From the human T2T-CHM13v2.0 reference genome, Homo sapiens, in NCBI RefSeq assembly GCF_009914755.1, contig NC_060947.1: 64,000 nt of DNA. One strand, given 5' to 3'. Under the pieces are notes generated by a model, which was not told the origin of the DNA, did not search any database, and saw only the letters and a program-made list of their open reading frames with translations. Shown here piece after piece: positions 1 to 19,345 of this stretch. A program made the position numbers and the translations under genes. Position 1 is the first letter of the stretch. Each line of letters starts with the position of its first letter.

Positions 1-159
1 CCTGGAACGGATGAGTCACCCACCCAAGGCTGTGTAGATAAAAATCACAGTCCATATATACAATGAAACATCATACAGATGTCAAAAGAATGAAACAGAT
101 CCTTGGTGCTGACACAGAAAGATGTTCATGTTATATCCTTCTACAATTTTTTTCTTTTA

Positions 160-1060
160 CGCTTTGAGTAATAACTGACATAAATAAGCTGCACATGTTC
201 AAGTGTGCAACGTGACATTTTGACAAATGTAGACATCTGCGAAACTATCACCACAATTAAGTTAATGAACATATCTTTCACTCCCAAAGGTTTCCTCCTG
301 CCCCATTCTAATCCCTCCTGCCCTTCCTGTAAGTGTTGATCTGCTTTCTGTCACTGCTTTCTAGTTTGTATTTTCTAGTTTTTATACAAACAGAACCATA
401 CAGTATGTACTCTTTACTGCTTGGCTTCTTTCACTCAGCATGATTATTTTGAGATTCATTCATGTTATTGCGTGTATCAATAGTTCATTTCTTTCCATTG
501 CTGAGTAGTATTCCACCGTATAAACAAATCAGTTTATCCATTCACCTGCTGATGAGCATTTGGGTTATTTCCAGGGTTGGGCTATTACAAATAAAGCTGC
601 TATGAACATTCACGTAGAAGTCTTTGTACAAACATACGTTTTCCCTTCTCTTGAGTAAGTACCCAGGAATGAAATGACTTAATCACAAGGTAGGTGCACA
701 ATGAACTTTTTAAAATACTGCTAAACTGCTTTTCAAAGTAGCTATGCCATTGTACATTCCCACCAGCAGTGTATAAGAATGCTAGTTGTTTATAATAGCA
801 AGGAGGAAATGTAGAAAAGAAAATTTTTTTTAAATCCAGTTGTTTTACATCCTCACCAACAATTGGCATGGTCAGTCTTTTTAATTTTAGTCATTCTAAT
901 GGGTATGTAGTAGTATCTTATTGTGATTTTTAGGTCAAATTTATTTAATGACTAAAGATGTTGAGCACCTTTTCATGTGCTTATCTGACATCTCTATATT
1001 GTCTTTGGTGAAATGTCTGTTCAAATTTTTTGTGCATTTTCTATGGGATTGTCTGTATTA
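160..1060 (-). mobile_element. Old L1 (L1M-type) 3' end fragment
   Basis: Typical L1M 3' sequence (ttttagtcattctaatgggtatgtagtagtatctt; cattcccaccagcagtgtataaga). ORF 600-869 resembles a decayed ORF2 C-terminus. Confidence 0.8.
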
Positions 1061-1499
1061 TTGAGTTTTTAAAGTTCTTTTTCTTTCACTTTTTTTCACT
1101 TAACATGTTTATAGTATCATCCTTTAAAGAAAAAGAAATTAAAAACTTAGGAACCCAACCCATATATGTATATTTAGACAGCTTGGTAGTCCATATGCCA
1201 AAACTATTCACAACTATTAACGATAATTATCTGGGGAAGAAGCAGTGAGGTTACTGGAGGACTTACTTTATACATTTCTATGCTGTTTTTCAACAATCAT
1301 ATGAAACATGATAAAGTCATTTCCCTTTGGGTGAGTGAAAGTTAGGGGAAAAAAAAACCACACACACACCATACAAAAGCTAAAAATTCACCGCCACAAC
1401 CAAATGAGTCAAAAATAAAGCCTCAAGTCACAGATTTCAAAAATCGCACCTAAGAAAACAGAAGATTTAATTCAGCAAAGCTCCTTAACTAATCCTTTC

Positions 1500-3500
1500 C
1501 AATGTAGCAATTTGCAGATTAAGTGAGTGAGTAGTCAAGAAAAACAGAAGTCCTCAAGATTTATAGCCCCAGGTACCACTGTAGAACCTCAACAGAGACA
1601 GACAAGACTGATGCAAAATGTCATCTCCCAGGGCACTGGTATGAGCTAGGGGATTAACCCAGATCTGGGACAGGTAAGCCCTGAACCAGGACATTTAAGA
1701 GAATTTCATGAGACCAAAACTCAGGACTCCAAGTTGCCTTCTGCACCTACCCCTTCAGGTTACAAGGAAAGAAATATAAAAAGCAATATTCAGTCCTTAA
1801 ACTAAAGTACAGCTGGGAATGGGGAAAAGATAAATTGTTTCAAGTTAAGGTGAGAAGAACTCACATATGCTATATCAGAGGAAACAAAAGATACAGACAA
1901 AACTTCCCATATTAAAGTTCAGTAAAATGAAATAATAGTCTGGCAGATATATAAATAGCCATGAAGTGGAGAGAAATGAAAACAATTTGCAAGATGGATG
2001 AAGAACCGAGTCTGGAGAAGAATTTAACCCTAGGAAAACAAGTAGGTTTCATGTGAGTGCTTTACACTACAGGGGAACTAATAATATAAATTCAATAAAG
2101 TGCAAGAATTCAAATACAAGATGATAAAACAAAATGAGAGAAAGAAGATTAGAGCAAAGAACAAATCAAAACCTAAATAAGATAATTTACTCAAATAATT
2201 AAATTAGAAGCAGCAAAAAGTAAGGAAGGGAGGGGAAAAGGGGTAGGGGAGGGAAATAAACTGAAAACCAAATTAATAGCATGGAGGAATGGGTTGGGCT
2301 AATCACAGTTAATTGCTTTCACCATTTTTCCTATTCCATTCGCTAGTAAAAGAAAATGACAAAAATAGAGGATAAGAAAATCCAGTATCTCTGAGGTGGA
2401 GAACTTAAATAATAAAACAGAAAGAAAAAGAGTTCTGAGATATGATACAGAAAAATTTTCCAGCAATGAAGAAAGAACTCATCAAGGATATATCACATAT
2501 AGGGAAAAATGATACAGAATGATCACCATTGAGTTACAACCTTGTTAAATTACTAAACTTTTTTTTTATTTTTTATTTTTTGAGATGGAGTCTTGCTCTG
2601 TCGCCCAGGCTGGAGTGCAGTGGAGCAATCTTGGCTCAGTGCAAGCTCCGCCTCGCGGGTTCACGCCATTCTCCTGCCTCAGTCTCCCCAGCAGCTGGGA
2701 CTACAGGCACCCGCCACCACGCCCGGCTAATTTTTTTGTATTTTTATTAGAGACGGGGTTTCACCGTGTTAGCCGGGATGGTCTCGATCTCCTGACCTTG
2801 TGATCCGCCCACCTTGGCCTCCCAAAGTGCTGGGATTACAGGAGTGAGCCACTGTGCCCAGCCCTTAAATTACTAAACTTCAAGAAAAAGAAAAGAAAAT
2901 TTTCAGGCAAGTCCAATCTCTCTCCCTTTCTCTTTCTCTTTCTCTCTCTCTCTCATCCATAAGAAAGAAAGACAAGGGCCAAGATGTCCTCAGACTTCTT
3001 CACAGTTACATTCAATGGAAGAAGACAATGGAACAATGTCTACAACATTCTGAGGGAAAGAAAATGTGGCCCAAGAATATAATATCCAGCCAAGATACCA
3101 TTCAAGTATAAAGGCAGCTGGCAGACATTCTTAACGTGTAAGAATACAATAAATATAGCACCTGCAAGCTCTTCTTGAAGGACCTCCTCAATGATGAAAT
3201 CCAGAAAACCAAGAAATAAATCAGAAATAGAGAAGTTGTGGTATAAGGCCTGGTTGTAAGCATACAATCCTTTTAAGTATAAAACTAAAAGGAAACAAAC
3301 AGATAAAACAAACAGATGGTTTATGGTTATATAAGAGAATGTAAATATTATAAACCCTGACAAAGGAAAAATAATTTGAGTAACAAATAGTGGGGATAGA
3401 AGAAAATAACCGGGGGGAAGTGTAAGAAAGCTAACTGCTTCCTCTTTCACAGCAAAGCGCCCACTGATAATGTTAAATATTGAAACAGGCAGATTTTTAA
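1500..3500 (+). mobile_element. Old L1 5'/ORF1 region, interrupted by an Alu
   Basis: A-rich with L1 ORF1-like motifs (cagacttcttcacag...gaagacaatggaacaatgtctacaacattctgagggaaag...aatataatatccagccaagatacc). Confidence 0.6.
2561..2864 (-). mobile_element. AluY
   Basis: Full-length antisense Alu. TSD ttaaattactaaactt at 2545-2560 and 2865-2880. Confidence 0.93.
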
Positions 3501-3545
3501 AATGACGGCTAACTCCAAAGTATCCACCTTAGAAAAATGAAAACA

Positions 3546-3895
<350 letters not shown>

Positions 3896-3932
3896 CATAC
3901 ATCCACACAAAACTCTTAATGAATGTTCATAG

Positions 3933-4255
<323 letters not shown>

Positions 4256-4715
4256 AGCATTACTCTTAATAACCAAAAAGTAGAAACAACCCAAATGTTC
4301 TTCAACAGATGAACAGATAAAATGTGATAAATACATATCATGGGGTATTATTTGGCTATAAAAAGGAATGAAGTTCTGATACATGCTATAACATGGATGA
4401 ACCTTGAAAACGTTAATGTTAAGTGAAAGAGGCAAGTCAAAAAGGACCACATATTGTATGATTCAATTTACATGAAATACCCAGGATAGGCAAATACAGA
4501 GAGACAGAAAGTAGATGAGTGATTGTTTAGGGATCAGGGAGGGTGACAGCTAAAAGGGTAAAGGGTTTCTTTTTGAGGTGATGAAAATTTTCTAAAATTG
4601 ATTCAAGGGATGGTTGCAAAACTCAGTGAATATACTAAAAACTATTGCATTGTACACCAAAAATGGACAAATTGTATAGTATGTGAATTATATATATCTC
4701 AATAAGGCTGTTACC
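4256..4715 (+). mobile_element. L1MB-like 3' end
   Basis: Contains aaggaatgaagttctgatacatgctataacatggatgaaccttgaaaac...tctcaataaggctgtt. Confidence 0.8.
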
Positions 4716-5357
4716 AAAAAAACTCCACTAAAAAAGTGACCAACTGCTCAATGGCTTTCATAATATTTTTTCTTAAGCTTAGAGGAATGTTAACAACTAA
4801 TATCTTTTACTTTAAAAAAACATTTGTCTGAAGATTAGCTATTCTTTCATTTTATTTCAGTGTTTTATTCTGTTAAATTCAAGTAAAATTAAATAGGATG
4901 ATTTTAATTTATTATACTATGATCCAATATTAAAAAGATTTTTCAGTTTATCCATCCAGTCAACCCGTTATGTATATACATAGAAGATATACGAAATAAT
5001 TTTCACATAATGTGAAAACTGGGGTAGTAGGAATGTGGGTGATTTGTTGCTTAATAATGAGCATGTGTTATTTTTATTTGTCTTCAAATTGTTCGTATAA
5101 AGAACAAACTATTCAACCTGAGAAAGCGAATGCAAACTATAAAAAATAAAGAACTAAGTAAATATACCAAAATGTTAATGTCTACATATGAGTAGTGGGA
5201 TTAGGAATGATTTTTTCCCTCCTTTACTATTTTCTGTACTTTTCAAGTTTTCCTATAATGAACATCTATTATTTTATAAACAGAAGAAGTAAAAAGAATA
5301 GTAAAAGAATTAAAGGGATATTGTAAGCATTTCTTTAAACAATTACTTGATTCTTAC

Positions 5358-5460
5358 CTGGGCTCCTTCTGCCGCTCCTGAATGATCTTTCTTCCTGGCC
5401 AGATGTCACCCATCTGTGTCTGATGAAGGAGGGACTGTCCCACTGTCTCTCTTTTACTCA
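5358..5460 (-). CDS. SYTL4: SYTL4 coding exon 4; the CDS continues left of the window
   Basis: Reads (V)SKRETVGQSLLHQTQMGDIWPGRKIIQERQKEP(S). Acceptor ttgtcttgaag|, donor AG|gtaaga. No further exon was recognised in 1-5357. Confidence 0.95.
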
Positions 5461-5680
5461 CTTCAAGACAAAGAAAAGTATGCCAGGGTGGTGGTTATGA
5501 GTAGGGGAAAAAGGAAACAACCCTCATAGCAAATCCCCTGAAATACACCATGCTTGCAGAAGGGATGACAATACAATCTTCTATTCTCCACTAACTGGCT
5601 GAGCCCATGGAGTTAAGATGCTACCAGTCAGAATACACTAGGATTCCATACCAAGAACCATCTCTAGACAGGTCCAGTAC

Positions 5681-5790
5681 CTGCAGGTTTGTGGCGCAGG
5701 GACATCCTGATTATCTCACTACCTGTGCGGTAAGCAAAGCGATTCACTTTCTGGTCATAAAACCAGTCCCCAGTTGCTTTCTTCAACTCT
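5681..5790 (-). CDS. SYTL4: SYTL4 coding exon 3, containing the SHD2 TGDWFY motif
   Basis: Reads ELKKATGDWFYDQKVNRFAYRTGSEIIRMSLRHKPA. Acceptor ttcttcccag|, donor G|gtactg. Phase is consistent with the neighbouring exons. Confidence 0.96.
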
Positions 5791-5918
5791 CTGGGAAGAA
5801 ATAAAAGAAAATGACAGATGGATAAAGAATGGTTCTTGTCTAATAAAGGCTGAGGAAAGAAATTCTCACCACGGCCAAGGCCTCGCCCCCTCTCTACTCA
5901 GCCATAGGTGACACTCAC

Positions 5919-6134
5919 ATTTCCTTGGCGCACACCTTGCACCTCCAGGTACCATTGCTTTCCTGTATGCGGCAGTCCCGACACACCAGGTGATTACAAC
6001 CCCGACAAGTATTGGTTTTGGGACTCAAACGGCCCAGGCTCTCCTGGCACCGGGCACAGGTCCGATCACTGTAGTGTTGGCTGCCCCTCTTGGCCCCTTT
6101 CCTTTTTATCTCCAGTAACTCATTCTTTAGTCGC
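5919..6134 (-). CDS. SYTL4: SYTL4 coding exon 2, Zn finger of the Slp homology domain
   Basis: Reads RLKNELLEIKRKGAKRGSQHYSDRTCARCQESLGRLSPKTNTCRGCNHLVCRDCRIQESNGTWRCKVCAKE(I), with four CxxC pairs. Acceptor ttggcag|, donor |gtgagt. The 216 nt keep phase. Confidence 0.97.
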
Positions 6135-6388
6135 CTGCCAAGACCCAAAACAGAAGCGTAAGTGGATTCAGGATATGCATAGATTGGATGGAGAGGGGTT
6201 GAGAGGTAAAGACAGTAAGACTATTTGGTTCTGTGGAAGCAACAAACTCAGAGCCCAGCGTGACCCAATAAGTAGTGGTAAACATCACATATACAAATTC
6301 CTATGAAAGTCAGGTGGGAGACATAAGGAAAAGCCCAGACATCATTGGTCAAAGGCCTGGGACCCCATGCGTTTTGGGGAACTCTTAC

Positions 6389-6498
6389 CTAATCCTTTTC
6401 TCATCTGCTTTCCGGACCTCTTCATCTCGCTGTAGAACACTGAGAATCAAATCCTTTTCCTCCTCAGACAGAAAAGAAAGGTCCAGTAACTCCGACAT
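6389..6498 (-). CDS. SYTL4: SYTL4 first coding exon, coding part (whole exon 6389-6568, with 70 nt of 5'UTR)
   Basis: ATG at 6498-6496 reads MSELLDLSFLSEEEKDLILSVLQRDEEVRKADEKRI(R), the granuphilin N-terminal SHD1 helix. Acceptor ttgtcatttcag|G at 6568; donor AG|gtaaga at 6389. Confidence 0.97.
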
Positions 6499-7515
6499 GA
6501 TTTACTCAACTTTTTCTTCTACTCTTCTTTCTTCAAAACAACCAGACAAGGAGAGCTACCAGAGTTGCCTGAAATGACAAAAGAACTAATTTCACACAGA
6601 TGATTTACTCAAGAATAGGCCCACAGCCCTAAACCCTTTCAATAGGTTCCTTTCCCCTTGAGCCAAGCTAAAGAGACAAAGTAGAAGTATCTGACCTATT
6701 TAGTCTTCCTACTCCCATCCGAAACATGCCCTGAAAATGAAGAGTCCTTGATTTTTCAGAAAGAAAAAGTTATTCGTGACTCTGGGAAAAGGATTGGTTA
6801 TTCAGTATATGCATCTTAGTCTGGAAAGAACATAGAACAGCTGAGTCAATCTCCCCCTCCACCAAGTGAGTCCTCAATCATCCAATTTTTAATACTTTAA
6901 ATGTTCTCAAATCTCAAGCCTATTAACCCAAATAACCAGGCAGCTGGTCTCTGCAGTGAAGGAGAAAAGCACATGAAGGCTCCTGCCAGTTTAAGCCCAG
7001 TTGTCTATTCCTAACCAGCTTCCATTCTCCCAGGAGTCAGTCAGCTTTCTGCTATACTTCAAAACTTCCACCCCCTACTCTATCTCTCAAAGTTCTTATC
7101 ATACTAGCACTCTAGCACTACCTCCAGGATATCTTTCCCAAATTCATGAACACTTGTTGAGCACTACGCTGACAGGCATTGTGTAAAGTGCTGGGGATAC
7201 AAAGATGAGTAAGGCACAGTTCCTACCCTTATGAAAATCACAGAGTAGCAGGGGAGACAGACACACATAAATACAGTACAACGCATTAAGTGCTATCAGA
7301 GGGATTATAAGGGACTATAAATTAAGTGCTATGAGAACTTAGGGAAGAAAGCAACTCATTCTATCTTGCATAGAGAGAGGAAAGAGAGCAGTATACATGG
7401 GAAATTTCACAGAAGAGGTGGATTTTGCCTTATCAGAGGACAAATTTCCTGGTAGGGAAGAATGGTAGGAAAGATAGTTTGGGACCAGATTACATAACTC
7501 TTAAAAACTTTTTTA

Positions 7516-7835
<320 letters not shown>

Positions 7836-8574
7836 TTTTTTAATTTTAAAATTTACTGCATAGACAATAGAAATCCACCAAACATCTCTGATGTTGCTTT
7901 TTGATGCTGGGAAATCACATGATGAAATTCACTTTACAAAGACATATTATAGCTATATCGCTCTAGTTATAATATGAAAGACTGATTTAGAGGACAAATC
8001 AGAGGACAATTTGGTAGTACATACATTTAAAATAGGCATATACTTAACCAAGCAATATGACTTCTAAGAATTTACCTAATAGAAATATTCATACAAATGC
8101 ACAAGCAAGAGTATATGCACAAGACTATTACTGCAACATTATTTGTAAGAACAGAAACAGTTATTTAACATAGGAATCATTAAACAAAATAATATGTCCC
8201 CATAATGGAACATTATGTCGCCATTAAAAATGTGGTAGATACACACGTACTGACATAAAAATATGGCCATGAGTGAAAAAGTAGTTGTAGGACAATAAAA
8301 AATGATCTTTTATAAAGAATTTATCTAAATATTTGTATATGCAAAGAGAAAGGTCTAGAACAAAAGCCACTATCATTGGTTTCCCTTGGGGAGTAGAATT
8401 GGGAAGGGGCAACTTTCACTTTTTACTTCACATAGTTCTAATTTGTTTTTACATATATCTTCCATTTATATCTCAAAAAAGAAAACAATACAAATGAGGC
8501 AGAGATATTATTACAATACTGCAGCAAAAGACAATCTAGATTTACTAACTGTGCCTCTAAACAATTAGACCAGT

Positions 8575-8725
8575 CATTTTATTTTTCATTTCATTTTATT
8601 TTTCATTTTTAGAGACAGAGTTTCACTATGTTGCCCAGCCTGGACTCAAATTCCTGGGCTCAAGTGATCTTCCTGCCTCAGCCTCCCAAGTAGCTGGAAC
8701 TATAGACAGAGCCACCGTGCCCAGC
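8575..8725 (-). mobile_element. FLAM / Alu left monomer
   Basis: Single arm flanked by the duplicated sequence agtcattttattt. Confidence 0.8.
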
Positions 8726-9271
8726 AGAAGTCATTTTATTTCTGACTCTTTGGTTTCTCATCTACAAAACGACCCACCTCAAACGTTGTTTAAAAAATTA
8801 AATAATGTGTGTTAAAGGGCCAATCACAATGTTTGGAGTACAAATACTTGCTGAATCTTCTAAAATGATAAAGGCCTGAGCCAGGCAGCAAGAAAAAACA
8901 GAATAGGTTTGAGAAGTAGAATTGACAGAATAGGGAGACTGACTGAGCAGAGAGGATGAAGAAGGTGAAGTCAAAGATGCCTAGTTCACAGTCAAGATTA
9001 AACAACTGACTGGCTAGTGACAGCCCTCATAGCAATAGAAGATGTAAGGAAAGAAACAGGTTTGGAAGTAAGGCAAAAAGTTTTGTTTTAACCCTATTAA
9101 GTTAGTGTTGCATACTTGATATCCAGGTAACTGGGCCCAGGAAATAGTTGGAGACACAGGGCTGGACCTCAGGAAGAAAAAATGTATCTGATAATATACA
9201 CTTGGTAGTCATGGGAGTCAAAGAGCCCAAGGTAGACAGAGAGTGAAAAAGGAAATGAGAATCACACTTAC

Positions 9272-9347
9272 CTTCTCTCCTCTCCTTTGAAACTAGACAA
9301 CACGCCTCTTTCACTTTATTTTTTCTTTTTCTTTTTTTACTAGTTCC
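9272..9347 (-). other. SYTL4: Predicted SYTL4 5'UTR exon (76 nt)
   Basis: Acceptor ttctccactgttttgtag|G and a consensus donor AAG|gtaagt. Purine-rich, no ATG. Confidence 0.65.
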
Positions 9348-10984
9348 CTACAAAACAGTGGAGAACATAAACAACACGGCAAAGCTATACAGGTTCCTGA
9401 AACCTCAATATTTCCTCAACTTGTATATTTCCTGGTCTTTATTGAACTATAAGATGTTAAGCCTCTTGCACACACCCTTTCTTAGACAGTCTTGAGGAAG
9501 TGTTCTTAGTTCTTATCCCCAAGGAGAATATATACCCTCCATGAAAACAAGGACTTTTTCAATCTTCTCCTCTGTATCTGCCCTAGCACTTAATGCAATA
9601 TCTGGTATGCAATTTTGCATATGCTGCCAATATTGCAATCACTGTCATTGTCACCCCAACAGTATCTTTTATTGAGAATTGACTATACGCCAAACAAGTA
9701 CCTAACATATATTAACTAATTTAATCCTTGCCACAATACCAAGAATGAGTGACTATTATTACCCCCATTGTATAGATTAGGATTCAGGAGAGGTTAGGCT
9801 AACTTGCCCAAGAATAAAGAGCAAGTAAGTGAAATTGCAGGGATTCAAGCCCAGGCAATCTGACACCAGAGTTGGTGCTCTACAGGCTCAGTCTAGGCAG
9901 AATTATAACCAAAGCAACTATAAAGTACTAAACAGACAAATCAAAAGCATTGTGGAAATGAATTCCCATATGTGTGATTACGGCTGAAACACTGCGCAAA
10001 AAAATCAGTGGCTCCTGGATAAAAGAGGTATTATCAGTTACCTGTCAGCTAAAAAGCAAGGATAGCACAGGCACACTAGAAATGAGAACCATACCAGATT
10101 TAAAAACTGGTGCTTGTGGAGAGGCAGCAGAATATTGTGATGAGAAAGGCACGTTGGCATAATAATGAGACCAAGTAATATCAAAATCCAGGGAAGTAAG
10201 AAGATCCTTGAGGAAATAAAGATAGTATCTTAAGAAAATGGAACTACCAATATTGTACATCTGCCCTTTCTTTTTCATTTATGGACCTGACCAACCAGAA
10301 CTGCCCCCTCTGAAATCTTAAATTCAAGAATTCCCACTTTCCAACCACAGCTCACTCCTGCTCTATCTGTTCTTCAACTTTATCAAGACCACAGTCTCTT
10401 GAGCCCCACATTGTCTCTTGGTCCACTTGCCTTCTGCTGATCTATCTTCCCCCCATACCCATCCTGGACTCCAGATGGCTCAACATTTGAACCACTCTCA
10501 CCAGTACCTTCCATATCCATATACCTTCATCCCTCTGCCACAACTGCCCATGAAAATCCCAAACCTGTGCTAATGCTCTAGCCTGCCTTGTCTGCTCCTA
10601 TACCCAGGTTCTACATAATTCCTGGTCTACAACCTCAGCTGAACCCTCATTGTCACCCATAAATTCTGTTACTTATGCTTGTTCAATTCCTTTACCTAGT
10701 CCCTTTGGGTTCTATTCAAGCCTTCATTCATCTCACACTCCCACTTCCCTTCCCTCCAGTCCCATCAGACATGCTTGTCTCATACTTGTAAAAAGGTTTT
10801 TGTAAGACCATCAGACATGGACTCTATCAGCTCCCTGCCTCCTCTTCCCCATCACTTGCCAATCTGACTCCTTTCAGAAAAGCCATATCCCACCCCAAGC
10901 CCCACCTTCCACCATAGGTTGCTGTTGTTTCCAACACTAACCCTGTTAACAGCCAGCTTGTTTGCAATGGGATCTTGCAGAATC

Positions 10985-11860
10985 AGTAATGAGGAGCAGA
11001 AAACAAATTAAGAACAAAAATTAAAAGGCAAGAAGACAAAGGTAAGTGCAGAAAAAACTGAGACAAAGAGAAAACAAAAGGTAAAATGGTAAAAACAAGT
11101 TCAAGTATATCAATGAATATGAAACTCATATATGAGCAAAATTCACCCTTTGAAATACAGGAATTAACAGACTGGATAAAAGGAAAAAATCCAGTTATGT
11201 GCCATTTATGAGAGACACATCTAAAACATAAATTGAAGGGAAAATTGAAAGTAAAAAGATAGGAAAAGATATACCAGGTAAATGCTAGCCAAAAGAAAGC
11301 TGAGGTAGCTATATTAATATCTAAAAGTAAAAAAGACAATAAAAGCTTTATAAAGGTTAGATAAGATCACTACATAGAGATAATAAATATGCACCCACTA
11401 ATAAAACATCACTAAATATACAAAGGAACAAAAGAGAGAAATTGAAAAATCAACCATCAAAATGAGAGGTTAACATATACTTCTTTGTTGTTGCAATTAT
11501 GAATGGTACAAGCAGATACAAACTAGTAAATATATAGACAAGTTGAACAACAAAATGAGCTTGATTTAATAGGAATACAAAAAAAGTCTATATCCAACTG
11601 GAGAATTACATTATTTTCAAGCACATATAGAATATTTACTCCCAAAACTGACCATGTACTAGGCTGTAATGCAAGTCTGCATAATTTTTTTAAAAAATCC
11701 TTCCCATACAGACCAGTCTCTGACTTCGAGGAAATTAAATTAAATAAGAAATCAATTTAAAATAAGGTAATTTCTTATCACAATACTTTTTTTTAAAATT
11801 TATAAAGACACTTCTAAATAACCCACATGTCAAAGAAGAGATCATAATGGTACTAAATCT
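10985..11860 (+). mobile_element. Old L1 ORF2 endonuclease-region fragment
   Basis: Contains cagactggataaaag...tatgtgccatttatgagagacacatctaaaac...ggaaaagatataccagg...gctatattaatatc. Confidence 0.75.
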
Positions 11861-12412
11861 ATCCTTAACATCTTAGAGGAAAATACCTGCCTCCTACCTC
11901 ACTACCATCACTACTCCCCATACTATGGCATAGAATGTTCTCTAGAAATTCAAAAAGGAAAATATGAAAGAAAAATACAGCTTTCATATGCAATAAACCA
12001 AGTGATATATTTTTATGGTAAATAGTACATCATATTTTGAAAACTAGAACTCAGGAAAATAATGGAGGCACAAATACAGTTATAATAAGAAAACCAGATA
12101 GATGTGAAGTTAGAAAAGCTATGACTAATCGGATACTCCCAATTTATGGCTACTAGGGTTTAATAGAGAAACCAAAGCCCAAGAAAACTTAAGACCCTTC
12201 ATTACATTCAGTCCCAGGTGTACAGTCAAAAAGGCAAGATTATCTATTGAGAAGACCACGGCTCAGGTAACATGAGTGTCAGAATCTGAGCTCAGATGGA
12301 CAACTTGTTCTGTGTTAGTCCTGAGGTGTCAAGACTCAGATGAAGTATCTTAATATAGCATCCTTGTGGGACCCATGCCCATAAAAATATATTTTAGAAA
12401 AGGTGGTTTGTA

Positions 12413-12696
12413 TCATTCTCAGCAAACTATCACAAGAACAGAAAACCAAACACCGCATGTTCTCTCATAAGCGGGAGTTGAACAACGAGAACACATGGAC
12501 ACAGGGAGGGGAACATCATACACCGGGGCCTGTCGGGGGTGGGGGGCTAGGGGAGGGATAGCATTAGGAGAAATACCTAATGTAGATGACGGGTTGATGG
12601 GTGCAGGAAACCACCATGGCACGTGTATACCTATGTAACAAACCTGCACATTCTGGTATCCCAGAACTTAAAGTATAATAAAAAAAATTAAAAAAA
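12413..12696 (+). mobile_element. 5'-truncated L1PA 3' end
   Basis: L1PA 3'UTR with G-tract and poly-A. Imperfect TSD agaaaaggtggttt / agaaaagatggctt. Confidence 0.9.
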
Positions 12697-13526
12697 AGAA
12701 AAGATGGCTTACTTAGCAATTATACATATTTACTACTAAAAAATGAGGATAATATGTTAATGCAAATACTTACAAAACCAAAGGAAAAACTAAATCTACC
12801 ATAAAAATGGGAAGTTACCATACCTCTCTCAATTACTGATAGTATAACAGATGAAAAATTAGTAAATATGTAGACAAGGTGAACAACACAATAAGCTTGA
12901 TCTAAAGGACATATGTAGAATTCCATATCCAACTAGATATATCCAGTCTATATCCTAATCCTAATGATTGAGAAATAATAACAATGAATGAAAATAAACA
13001 CTAACACAACTGGTTTTCAAGAAGGGGATGGGTGAGCTATCTCAAATTATTTCAAATTCTAAAGACCAATTTTAAAAATGAAAAGCTAGGCAAAACTTGA
13101 CAGGAAGCATAGAATAATGAAAATAGTGGTGAAAGACAGACTTGGGTTCAAATCCTAGCTCTGCTATTTTTAGCTATATGACCTTGGGCATGAGACTAGA
13201 ATATTAAAAAGATGACTAAAATATAGAATTCCTTGTAAGAATAGTACTCAGATTAAAAGTAATCATTGGTGTTCCCAAAATGAAAACTGATGTGAATTAG
13301 GAAGACACAAGTAATGTCCCTGCCCTGGACAGCAAATACAACAGATTTTGCTGTGTTGCATGCAGGCCACACATAAAAGTGAAGATGGTAATATATGGTA
13401 CTTATGCTCAAACTAGAAACATCTACCAGACGTAACCTCTTTGAAGGTAGGTACTATATCTGGATATCATAGCCCCAGGAGCTTGGCACAGTGTGTGACA
13501 CACAGTATGAGTTCAACAAAAGTCTA

Positions 13527-13983
<457 letters not shown>

Positions 13984-14994
13984 GCTTGGAATTGAGCCAG
14001 ACTGCCTGAACTTGAATCCCAACTTCCACATTTACTAGCTGTGTGACCTTGGGTAAGTTACTAATCCTCTCAGTACCTCAATTTCCTCACTTGCAAAATG
14101 AAGATAAAAATTGTACCTATCCTTTGGGGCTTGTTTTTATAAAGATTAAATGAGTTTTTAAAATACGTAAAGTGCTTAAAGTAATGAGAACACAAAGAAT
14201 GCTAAGTGTTACCTATTTTTGTCAGTTTGTATATGTTCATTTGTGCTTTCGGACTTAACTAGGTCTTAGAAAATGACATTTATTTTCTTTTAAAGAATGC
14301 AGATGAATTGTGAGTTAAACTGTCTAGACGTCAGTTAAAGTTTCAGGCTATTGTTATTGTTCTTTAAATTTTTTTATTTCAATAGCTTTTGGGGTACAAG
14401 TAGTTTTTGGGTACATGGATGAATTTATAGTGATTAATTTTAATGCATTAATCACAGGCCACTGTTTTTGAAGTGAGGAACCATGCTGACAGCCTTATAG
14501 ATGACAGAAGATTTTCTTAAAAATTGACCCATGCTCAAGGGCCAAAAGGCTGAACTGATATTAAATTATTCTCTAAAGTTATAAGTAGTAATTATATGAT
14601 GGTTTTGCAAATACATTCTAATGGATTATCATATCCTGCCAAAGTGATGTAATAAAAGTATTTTGCTGTTTAGGCTAAGGACAATGGACAATACCTCACT
14701 GAACATGAAAAAGTGAACCAGAGTCTTTCAAAATATATTCATTTAACCAAGAAGCCTGAATTAAACTGCTCTTTTTAAAATGATACTATGTTTTACACCG
14801 AAACTGATCAATGAGTTTTATACTGATGTGAGATTTATACTGCTGCATGCCAGATTCTGTATACTTTTGAACATGGGTATTCAGAACTGATTTAGCTACG
14901 TCAAGAAATGTGATGGTGTCTACACTTTTTTCGAAAGATGAGAATTTAAATTGGGCTACAAATTTTAATTGGTCATAATTGGAGATTATAAAAT

Positions 14995-18600
<3,606 letters not shown>

Positions 18601-18708
18601 TAAACATTTTAATATTAAATGTAACTAAACTTTCTTCTTGTAATCATGTTTTCCAATCCCAGAATACCTACAAGACACTAGGAGCCTTTAAATTAATTGA
18701 AACACTAA

Positions 18709-19019
<311 letters not shown>

Positions 19020-19257
19020 AAGGTTTTTTAATAGAGAATAAACAATACAGAGTAGGTTTGAAATATTTCCCTTACTACACAGTTTTGTTATCTAAAAGAT
19101 GTTTCACGTTTTAACTTTTCAATTTGTCAAAAACATAAAAGACAGCAGGTTCAGGAACAGCAATAAAATGTTTGCATAACTGGTGCCTGGAACTGTAATA
19201 TGAGTATGATTATTTAGTAAGTGCATCCAAACAATATACTTCTTTTATTTTAAAATG

Positions 19258-19345
19258 TATATACTTTGTGAGGCATCAGTCATTAAAATCAAGTATAAAA
19301 ATAAACAGAAGTTAGAATCAGATGTTCAAGTAGCTGTATCATAAA
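19258..19345 (+). mobile_element. hAT-Charlie transposase C-terminal (dimerisation domain) fossil
   Basis: Reads YILCEASVIKIKYKNKQKLESDVQVAVS, resembling the Charlie/Buster motif TYLCE..FS....IKTKYRNRL..E.DLR.A.S. Confidence 0.55.

Noticed and set aside
5908-6577. Plus-strand ORFs (132 aa and 100 aa) overlapping SYTL4 exons
   Set aside because: Antisense shadows of real coding exons, with non-ATG starts and no independent support.
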